Assembly: GCF_000934605.2 (NCBI RefSeq)
Contig: NZ_CP010897.2
Coordinates: 3,734,815-3,766,814 of the forward strand
Direction: 5' to 3'
DNA from: Pandoraea vervacti
GTDB lineage: Bacteria; Pseudomonadota; Gammaproteobacteria; Burkholderiales; Burkholderiaceae
Length of the DNA stretch: 32,000 bases
A model generated the notes under the pieces. The model made no database searches. It saw nothing but the letters and a program-made list of their open reading frames with translations, and was not told the DNA's origin. Shown here in pieces: positions 25,904-32,000 of the stretch (positions are counted from its first letter, which is position 1; every line of letters starts with the position of its first letter). The translations under genes and the position numbers were made by a program.

Positions 25904-25932
25904 ATTCTAGAGGTTTCCTTGCGCCACGTCAA
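25904..25932 (-). promoter_or_regulatory. sigma-70 promoter candidate for tRNA-Pro
   Basis: Minus strand: TTGACG (25932-25927) - 17 nt - TAGAAT (25909-25904), 14 nt upstream of the mature tRNA 5' end. Confidence 0.55.
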
Positions 25933-26060
25933 ATGGTTGTGCAGATTCCCGGCATTTTCGCAGTGCCCACTGCATTGGCGGTGCACAATGACACCTTCGT
26001 CCCCGCTTTGCCGGCGGTCATGCCGCCGCCACGAAAGCCCGCCATAGTGGGAGGTTCACC

Positions 26061-26555
26061 ATGCCAGAACCCGTGTCGATGAATCTGATTCTCTGGCGTC
26101 ACGCCGACGCCGAAAACCTGCCCGCCACCCTCGCCCTCAGCGCCCAGGCCGATTTGGCCCGCGAACTGACCGATCGGGGCCGCAAACAGGCCGACAAGGC
26201 CGCTCAGTGGCTCCGCCCCCGCCTGCCCGACGATGCGCTCATTCTGTCCAGCCCCGCCGTTCGCGCCGTTCAAACCGCTCAGGCGCTCACGCCGACGCCC
26301 CGCATCGTGCGCGACCTCGCCCCGGGCGCCAACGCCGTCACACTGCTCGGCGCCATCGACTGGCCAGGCACCGCCCAGACCATCGTGCTGGTCGGCCATC
26401 AACCCGCCCTCGGTCAGCTCGCCGCACTGTTGCTCAGCGGCCAGGAGGCCTACTGGACCATCAAAAAGGGAGGCATCTGGTGGCTCGCTTCCCGCCGCCG
26501 GGAAGACGAAAGCCAGGTCGTGGTGCGCGCCGTCATCAATCCGGACCTGATCTGA
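26061..26555 (+). CDS. sixA: SixA-type phosphohistidine phosphatase (histidine phosphatase superfamily)
   Basis: The LILWRHADAE (RHG/RHA catalytic motif) start and the downstream VLVGHQP His are typical of short SixA proteins. GGGAGG lies 6 nt before ATG 26061. Confidence 0.8.
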   Translation: MPEPVSMNLILWRHADAENLPATLALSAQADLARELTDRGRKQADKAAQWLRPRLPDDALILSSPAVRAVQTAQALTPTPRIVRDLAPGANAVTLLGAIDWPGTAQTIVLVGHQPALGQLAALLLSGQEAYWTIKKGGIWWLASRRREDESQVVVRAVINPDLI

Positions 26556-26662
26556 CACATTTCGTGCGCCCTGCGCACTCGCCATCCCAAAACCCCGAAA
26601 GCCCCGCGAAATGGACCTCGTAAGGCGACGAATTAAGGGGCTGCCTCATGACAGCGAACGTT

Positions 26663-26680
26663 TTGTCATAGAATTGTCGT
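26663..26680 (+). promoter_or_regulatory. Pho-box-like PhoB site upstream of the olsB-like gene
   Basis: TTGTCAT-AGAA-TTGTCGT: two 7-bp direct repeats at 11-bp periodicity with an A-rich spacer (consensus CTGTCAT-A(A/T)A(A/T)-CTGTCA(C/T)). A weak -10 (CGGAAT) lies 10 nt downstream. Confidence 0.5.
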
Positions 26681-26752
26681 CTACCGTTCACGGAATCGAC
26701 ATTGATGCTTTTTAAAGTACGTCGCAACGCGACCGTCACAAAAAGGGCTTTT

Positions 26753-27580
26753 ATGCGCGACCTGCCGAACCCCACTATGCCGCTCTCTTCGTTGACCCCC
26801 ACGTCGCGGAGGCGTCTTCCTCGCCCTGAAACGCCTGTCAAACCGAATCTGGCTGTGGCGTGGGTACGCGACGAAAGCGAGCTTCGTGAAGCGCAGCACC
26901 TGAGATACCAGGTCTTCGCCGAAGAAATGGGTGCATCGGTCAAGGGCCCGGCTGGCCTCGACGTCGACGAATACGACCAATACTGCGACCACCTGATCGT
27001 GCGCGATCAGGACTCGCTCAAGGTTGTCGGCACCTATCGCGTATTGCCCCCGTCCCAGGCCAAACGCCTCGGCCGCCTGTACTCCGAAGGCGAATTCGAT
27101 CTGTCGCGCCTCGACCATCTGCGCCCGAAGATGCTGGAGACCGGCCGCTCGTGCGTGCATACCGACTACCGCAACGGCGCCGTCATCATGGCGCTCTGGA
27201 GCGGCCTGGCCGAGTACATGCTGCGCAACGGACTGGAGACGATGCTCGGTTGCGCCAGCGTGCCGATGGCCGATGGCGGCCACTACGCCGCGAGCCTCTA
27301 CCGCAAGCTCCAGGACACCTCCATGGCCCCGGCCGAGTACCACGCCGTGCCCCGTATCGCCCTGCCGGTCGACGAGCTGCAATCGACGCTCGACGTCGAG
27401 CCGCCTGCCCTGGTCAAAGGCTACCTCCGTCTCGGTGCCCGTATCTGCGGCGCACCGGCCTGGGACCCCGACTTCAATACTGCGGATTTCCTCACCCTGT
27501 TCCGCCTCTCCGACATGAATCCGCGCTACGCGCGTCACTTCCTCGGACCGGAACTCGTGAGCAAGCTCCAACAAGCCTGA
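26753..27580 (+). CDS. olsB: GNAT-fold N-acyltransferase, OlsB-like (ornithine-lipid lyso-ornithine lipid synthase / 'putative hemolysin' family)
   Basis: AQHLRYQVFAEEMGASV...DEYDQYCDHLIVRD...LKVVGTYRVL...GEFDLSRL...ETGRSCVHTDYRNG matches the Acetyltransf_5/OlsB family pattern. The start is uncertain (ATG 26753 preferred; 26705 or 26777 possible). Confidence 0.75.
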   Translation: MRDLPNPTMPLSSLTPTSRRRLPRPETPVKPNLAVAWVRDESELREAQHLRYQVFAEEMGASVKGPAGLDVDEYDQYCDHLIVRDQDSLKVVGTYRVLPPSQAKRLGRLYSEGEFDLSRLDHLRPKMLETGRSCVHTDYRNGAVIMALWSGLAEYMLRNGLETMLGCASVPMADGGHYAASLYRKLQDTSMAPAEYHAVPRIALPVDELQSTLDVEPPALVKGYLRLGARICGAPAWDPDFNTADFLTLFRLSDMNPRYARHFLGPELVSKLQQA

Positions 27581-27644
27581 CGGGCGTTCCCCCAAGATAC
27601 TCCGCCCCTGAGCGTTGCAGTCTTACAGGCTAACGTCCAGAGGA

Positions 27645-27680
27645 ACGAAAAGCCCGGCAAATGCCGGGCTTTTCGTTTGC
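27645..27680. terminator. bidirectional intrinsic terminator between olsB-like and ppx (convergent)
   Basis: Perfect 14-bp stem ACGAAAAGCCCGGC-AAAT-GCCGGGCTTTTCGT, with T/A runs on both sides. Confidence 0.8.
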
Positions 27681-27711
27681 TGCAACACGCATGCCGATGG
27701 CAATGCGCACT

Positions 27712-29262
27712 TCAGGCGTACACGACCTTGTAGCGCATTCCGATCTTTTCCCACTCCTGCGCTTCGCGCTGCAAGCTGTAATCGGTGAGCGGATTGGCAT
27801 CGATCCACTGACGCGGCACCGACACCTGAAAGCCGTCGCCCAGACGTTCGACCTCGATGCTGTCCGGCAGTGCGTCTGTACGGCGACGACAGAACAGGAC
27901 CGCCAGCCGCAGGCAAAACAGCAATTGCCAGTCGACCTGCTGCGCCTGCGAGGCGAGCTTGCCCAACTTGCCGACGTGCCCCAGCAGCAACTCGGCAAGA
28001 CGCGCCTGATCCGGGCGTGAGAAGCCCGGCATATCCGCATTGCTGCCAATGTAGGCCGAGTGCTTGTGGTAGGCACTATGGGAGATAGAGAGCCCCATCT
28101 CGTGCAGCGACGATGCCCAGTTGAGCAAGGCCTCGCCTTCTTCACGACCATCGTCCACGTCGCTCGCTTCGTCGTCGGCATCCTTGGCGTTCGCGCCCGC
28201 CACGTCGAGCGGCAACTGGCGATACAGCGAAATGGCGAGACGCCCGACCCGCTCGGCCTGCGCACGATCCACGCCGTACCGGCGCACGAACTGCTCGACC
28301 GTCACCGCGCGCATGTCCTGATGCTGTGTACGCCCCAGCAGGTCGTACATTACCCCGAGACGCAGCGCGGCGTCGGTCGTCTCCATATGATCGACTTCGA
28401 GTTCGTTGAAGACGGACAACATGATCGACAGGCCGCCCGGCAACACCGGAATACGATCCTGCTTGAGCCCGGCCAGTTTCAGACGATTGGCGTTTTCCGC
28501 CTTGATGAGGGCTCGCTTGAGACGCTCAAGGCCGCCACGGGTCAGCCCGTGCACGCCGCCGTCATTGAAACCATTGGCTTCGAGCAACTCCGCCAGAGCG
28601 CGCGCCGTGCCGGACGACCCGATCGCCTGGGACCATCCCGCCTCTCGATACGTCGCGGAAATGATCTGAATTTCGCGACGCGCAGCCAGTTCGGCCTGCT
28701 TCATCGCATACTCGTCGACATTGCCGCTGGGGAAGAATTGCCGACTGTGGCTCACGCAGCCGATGTACAGACTCTCCATGATCAATGGCTCGTAGTCCTG
28801 ACCAATGATGAACTCGGTCGAGCCGCCGCCAATATCCACGACGAGACGATTGCCGGCGCATGTGGGCACGGAGTGCGCCGCCCCGGCGTAAATCAGTCGC
28901 GCCTCTTCACGTCCGGCAATCACTTCGATGGGAAACCCCAGGGCACGCTGCGCTTCGCCCAGAAAGTCCTGCGCGTTCTTGGCAACGCGCAACGTGTTGG
29001 TTGCCACCGCCCGCACCTGATCGGGATGAAAGCCGCGCAGTCGTTCGCCGAAACGCTTGAGTACCTCCCAGCCCCGCTGTTGGGACGGATGATCGAGGTA
29101 CTTCTCCGCATTCAGTCCTGCCGCGAGCCGCACCGGTTCGCGTAGCGCATCGACCTGATAGATCTGCGTCCCCGCGGATGTCTCCTCCACGCGGCCGATG
29201 ATCAGGCGGAAACTGTTCGAGCCGAGGTCGACGGCCGCTAACAATGGCGATGGGGTGCTCAT
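27712..29262 (-). CDS. ppx: exopolyphosphatase (Ppx/GppA family)
   Basis: 516 aa. LLAAVDLGSNSFRLIIGRV, VVDIGGGSTEFIIG, and an HD-like C-terminal domain. Divergent from ppk. Confidence 0.93.
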   Translation of the reverse strand: MSTPSPLLAAVDLGSNSFRLIIGRVEETSAGTQIYQVDALREPVRLAAGLNAEKYLDHPSQQRGWEVLKRFGERLRGFHPDQVRAVATNTLRVAKNAQDFLGEAQRALGFPIEVIAGREEARLIYAGAAHSVPTCAGNRLVVDIGGGSTEFIIGQDYEPLIMESLYIGCVSHSRQFFPSGNVDEYAMKQAELAARREIQIISATYREAGWSQAIGSSGTARALAELLEANGFNDGGVHGLTRGGLERLKRALIKAENANRLKLAGLKQDRIPVLPGGLSIMLSVFNELEVDHMETTDAALRLGVMYDLLGRTQHQDMRAVTVEQFVRRYGVDRAQAERVGRLAISLYRQLPLDVAGANAKDADDEASDVDDGREEGEALLNWASSLHEMGLSISHSAYHKHSAYIGSNADMPGFSRPDQARLAELLLGHVGKLGKLASQAQQVDWQLLFCLRLAVLFCRRRTDALPDSIEVERLGDGFQVSVPRQWIDANPLTDYSLQREAQEWEKIGMRYKVVYA

Positions 29263-29365
29263 GTGGGAATGCGCCGAAGCGAAGAAGGCCGAAAAGCCCG
29301 ATGCTTAACTTTAAAAGCATGACGGGCACTCGACAAATAAATGACGAATACGTTACAAATCGAAT

Positions 29366-29383
29366 ATGACACGTCGTTGACAA
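29366..29383 (-). promoter_or_regulatory. Pho-box-like site oriented toward ppx
   Basis: Minus strand: TTGTCAA-CGAC-GTGTCAT (TGTCA repeats 11 bp apart), followed 10 nt later by TAACGT (29355-29350). The spacer is not A/T-rich. Confidence 0.4.
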
Positions 29384-29389
29384 ATGTGA

Positions 29390-29407
29390 ATGTCATATAA
29401 CTGTAAC
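29390..29407 (+). promoter_or_regulatory. Pho-box-like site oriented toward ppk
   Basis: ATGTCAT-ATAA-CTGTAAC, close to the consensus CTGTCAT-AAAA-CTGTCAT. AAGAAT (29418-29423) lies 10 nt downstream as the -10. Confidence 0.55.
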
Positions 29408-29456
29408 AATACGAATGAAGAATTCACGCCAATCCCATGTCTTTCGCACGTTCAAC

Positions 29457-31529
29457 ATGAATTACCCGCTGCTCAACCGCGAGCTGGGCATTCTCGCGTT
29501 CAATGAACGCGTGCTTGCCCAGGCGGCCGATCCGGCCACGCCATTGCTCGAGCGCCTGCGCTTCGTCTGTATCGTGAGTAGCAATCTGGATGAATTCTTC
29601 GAAATTCGCGTCGCCGGACTCAAGGAGCAGATGCGCGAGAATCCGGGCATGCTCACGCCCGACGGCATGACGTTTCAGCAAGTTTACACGCAAGTCTGCG
29701 CCCGGGCACAGGCGCTCGTCGAGAAGCAATATGCCATGTTCGACAGCCTGCTCCCGCTCATGGAGGCCGAAGGCATCGCCTTTCACCCGTCCGGCAGCTG
29801 GAACGACGCGCAAGTCGAATGGGCGCGCGACTATTTCCTGCGCGAACTGGTCCCCGTACTCACCCCCATCGGGCTGGATCCCGCGCACCCATTCCCGCGC
29901 GTGCTCAACAAGAGCCTGAACTTCGCCGTGGAACTCGAAGGCAAGGACGCCTTCGGCCGCGACGCGGAGCTCGCCATCGTTCAGGCGCCTCGCGCCCTAC
30001 CCCGTCTGGTCCCCATGCCGGCAGCGCTCGCGCCGTTGCCGAACAGCTTCGTGCTGCTCAGCTCGCTCATGCTGCGTTTTGCCAGCGAGCTGTTCCCCGG
30101 CCTCACCGCCAAGGCGTGCCATCAGTTTCGGGTCACGCGAAACAGCGATCTGTTCGTCGACGAAGACGAAATCACCAATCTACGCACCGCGCTGCAAGGC
30201 GAGCTCCCCGCGCGCCACCTCGGTGACGCCGTTCGGCTCGAAGTCGACGCCGGCGCCCCTGCGCGCCTCGTGCGCCGACTCCAGACGGAGTGCGGACTGG
30301 CCGACTCGGACTGCTACCGCGTCAAAGGGCCCGTCAATCTGGTGCGCCTGATGCCGCTGCCGGAGATGGTCGACCGGCCGGACCTGAAATTCGTGCCATT
30401 CGTTCCGGCATTGCCCAAGCGCATGAGCGCCTCACCCGCCATGTTCGATCTCATCGATCAGGGCGATCTGCTGTTGCATCATCCGTACGACAGCTTCCAG
30501 CCCGTGCTCGAACTGCTGCTGCAAGCGGCGCGCGATCCCGATGTCGTGGCCATCAAGCAGACCATCTACCGTACCGGCAACGAGTCGGCGCTCATGGACG
30601 CCCTCATGGAGGCCGCGCGCAACGGCAAGGAAGTCACGGTGGTCGTGGAACTGCTGGCGCGCTTCGACGAGGAGACGAATATCAACTGGGCGGCGCGCCT
30701 CGAAGCGGTTGGCGCGCACGTCGTCTATGGCGTGGTCGGCCACAAGTGCCACGCGAAAATGCTGCTCGTTGTGCGTCGCACGCGCCAGGGCAAGAAGACG
30801 TTCCTCAAGCGCTACGTCCACCTCGGCACCGGCAACTATCACCCGCGCACGGCGCGTCTGTACACCGACTTTGGCCTGATGACCGCCGACGAAGCGCTGT
30901 GCGCCGATGTCCACGTCGTGTTCCAGCAACTGACCGGCATTGGTCGCCAGACCCACCTGCACGGTCTCTGGCAGTCGCCGTTCACGATGCATTCGCACCT
31001 GCTCGAAGCGATTCGCCGTGAGACGGAAGCGGCGATGGCCGGCAAGAAGGCCCGCATCATTGCCAAGATGAACGCGCTGCTCGAGCCGACGATCATTGCC
31101 GAGCTTTACAAGGCGTCGCGCGCCGGCGTGAAGATCGATCTGATCGTGCGGGGCGTTTGCGCACTGCGCGCCGGGGTAAAAGGCCTGTCCGAGAACATTA
31201 CCGTGCGCTCGATCGTCGGCCGCTTTCTCGAACACCATCGCATCTATTATTTCTACGCGAACGGCGACGAGCACGTCATGCTCTCCAGCGCCGACTGGAT
31301 GGAGCGCAACTTCTTCCGCCGCGTGGAAGTCGCGTTCCCCGTGCGAGACAAGCGCCTGAAGGCACGCGTGATACGCGAGGGGCTGATGGTGCATCTGCGC
31401 GACAACACGCTGTCATGGCTCATGCGGGCAGACGGCAGCTACGTGCGACGCAAGGCGGGCAAGACGCCATACAACAGCCAGATGGTGCTGATGCAGGAAA
31501 TCACGCAGCACGTGCAAACGGGGAACTGA
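29457..31529 (+). CDS. ppk: polyphosphate kinase 1
   Basis: MNYPLLNRELGILAFNERVLAQA, plus the two PLD-like HKD regions (GHKCHAKMLLV, RFLEHHRIYYF). ATG 29457 is preferred over the track start 29415, which lies between the Pho box and its -10. Confidence 0.93.
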   Translation: MNYPLLNRELGILAFNERVLAQAADPATPLLERLRFVCIVSSNLDEFFEIRVAGLKEQMRENPGMLTPDGMTFQQVYTQVCARAQALVEKQYAMFDSLLPLMEAEGIAFHPSGSWNDAQVEWARDYFLRELVPVLTPIGLDPAHPFPRVLNKSLNFAVELEGKDAFGRDAELAIVQAPRALPRLVPMPAALAPLPNSFVLLSSLMLRFASELFPGLTAKACHQFRVTRNSDLFVDEDEITNLRTALQGELPARHLGDAVRLEVDAGAPARLVRRLQTECGLADSDCYRVKGPVNLVRLMPLPEMVDRPDLKFVPFVPALPKRMSASPAMFDLIDQGDLLLHHPYDSFQPVLELLLQAARDPDVVAIKQTIYRTGNESALMDALMEAARNGKEVTVVVELLARFDEETNINWAARLEAVGAHVVYGVVGHKCHAKMLLVVRRTRQGKKTFLKRYVHLGTGNYHPRTARLYTDFGLMTADEALCADVHVVFQQLTGIGRQTHLHGLWQSPFTMHSHLLEAIRRETEAAMAGKKARIIAKMNALLEPTIIAELYKASRAGVKIDLIVRGVCALRAGVKGLSENITVRSIVGRFLEHHRIYYFYANGDEHVMLSSADWMERNFFRRVEVAFPVRDKRLKARVIREGLMVHLRDNTLSWLMRADGSYVRRKAGKTPYNSQMVLMQEITQHVQTGN

Positions 31530-31530
31530 G

Positions 31531-31562
31531 CGGACGAACGGACGAACGGACGAACGGACGGA
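31531..31562 (+). repeat. 8-bp tandem repeat (CGGACGAA x3 + CGGACGGA)
   Basis: It starts 2 nt after the ppk stop codon. Read directly from the sequence. Confidence 0.9.
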
Positions 31563-31583
31563 CACGCGCCGCAACGCCCAACG

Positions 31584-31621
31584 AAAAAGGCGCTCGACCG
31601 CGAAGTCGAGCGCCTTTTTTC
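31584..31621. terminator. bidirectional intrinsic terminator between ppk and phoR (convergent)
   Basis: AAAAA-GGCGCTCGAC-CGCGAA-GTCGAGCGCC-TTTTTT: a perfect 10-bp stem flanked by an A-run and a T-run. Confidence 0.85.
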
Positions 31622-31677
31622 TGCCGGGGGTCGGCCGCACCGACCGCCCCGCGGACTGCTCCGCTTACTGCCCCGCG

Positions 31678-32000
31678 TCAACCGTCCACCGATACCTGCT
31701 TCGGCGCTTCGATCGGCGCGCGATGCACCACGCGCGTCGGCGGGAAGTGAATCGCGAACGTACTACCTCGCCCTTCCTCGCTGGTCACACGCAGATCCGC
31801 CTGATGGCGCGTGAGCACGTGCTTGACGATGGCAAGTCCGAGTCCTGTGCCCCCGGTGTCGCGTGAGCGGCTGCGGTCGATGCGATAGAAGCGCTCGGTC
31901 AGCCGGGGAATGTGCTCGGCGGGAATGCCGAGCCCGGAATCGACGACAGCGAAACGAGCGCCCCCGTCTTCCGTCGCACCCCATTCGATGCGGATCTTGC
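31678..32000 (-). CDS. phoR: phosphate-regulon sensor histidine kinase PhoR, C-terminal ~106 aa (gene runs off the right edge)
   Basis: My own minus-strand translation gives ...[72 protein letters not shown]...VDG*, with stop TGA at 31680-31678. The HATPase_c G1/G2 boxes are very close to E. coli PhoR ([28 protein letters not shown]). Not in the ORF track (no start in the window). Confidence 0.85.
   Translation of the reverse strand, partial: [106 protein letters not shown]

Noticed and set aside
25703-25932. tRNA-Pro as the integration site of a genomic island covering the sulfur/MarR/SDR block
   Set aside because: There is no integrase, transposase or phage gene anywhere in the window. 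I could not find a direct repeat of the tRNA 3' end. The GC content of the block looks like that of the flanking core genes.
26702-26752. TTG 26702 / ATG 26705 as the start of the olsB-like gene
   Set aside because: These codons would lie at or before the TSS predicted from the Pho box and -10. The encoded MMLFKVRRNATVTKRAF segment has AT-rich, atypical codons. ATG 26753 has an AGGG-type RBS.
29415-29456. ATG 29415 as the ppk start (track ORF)
   Set aside because: It has no RBS. It lies between the Pho box and its predicted -10, so probably upstream of the TSS. The conserved Ppk N-terminus (…YPLLNRELG…) begins right after ATG 29457.
11399-31562. Short tandem repeats (9-bp, 8-bp and 11-bp units at 11399, 15175, 16993, 23038-23125 and 31531) as a possible CRISPR array or mobile-element ends
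   Set aside because: The units are far too short and are directly adjacent without spacers. There are no cas genes and no terminal inverted repeats, so they are simple slippage-type SSRs.

Overview
High-GC, gene-dense, apparently chromosomal segment. The protein sequences and the phoR / ppk / ppx / olsB-like / sixA gene order look Burkholderiaceae-like (inference only). (i) 1-4.1 kb: an edge-truncated hypothetical gene on the minus strand (missing from the ORF track), two tandem hsp20 genes behind a sigma-32-type promoter and an SD-sequestering hairpin, a 65-aa ORF, and a divergent LysR / alpha-beta-hydrolase pair. (ii) 4.6-24.2 kb: a ~20 kb organosulfur-scavenging island. It holds a tightly packed nine-gene plus-strand operon: metQ-metN-metI, two SfnB-family ACAD-fold oxidoreductases, an NtaA/DszA-family LLM monooxygenase, a DszC/MsuC-like ACAD-fold monooxygenase, the sigma-54-type activator sfnR, and an ssuD/msuD-type sulfonate monooxygenase. 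It also holds two minus-strand operons: SBP-ATPase-permease, and LLM monooxygenase-Tat SBP-ATPase-two permeases-rhodanese. (iii) 24.3-32 kb: a divergent MarR/SDR pair, tRNA-Pro(UGG), then a phosphate-stress neighbourhood (sixA, olsB-like N-acyltransferase, ppx, ppk, and the 3' end of phoR at the right edge, also missing from the ORF track) with three Pho-box-like sites. I see no transposase, integrase, phage, CRISPR, toxin-antitoxin or recognisable defence genes. Most long unassigned ORFs in the track are antisense shadows typical of high-GC DNA. The unusual content is regulatory and architectural rather than an obviously new gene system: a monooxygenase island with no flavin reductase and an embedded GAFAGA-variant SfnR, a candidate RNA thermometer, the Pho boxes, sulfur-depleted binding proteins, and in-frame 9-bp tandem repeats at protein termini.
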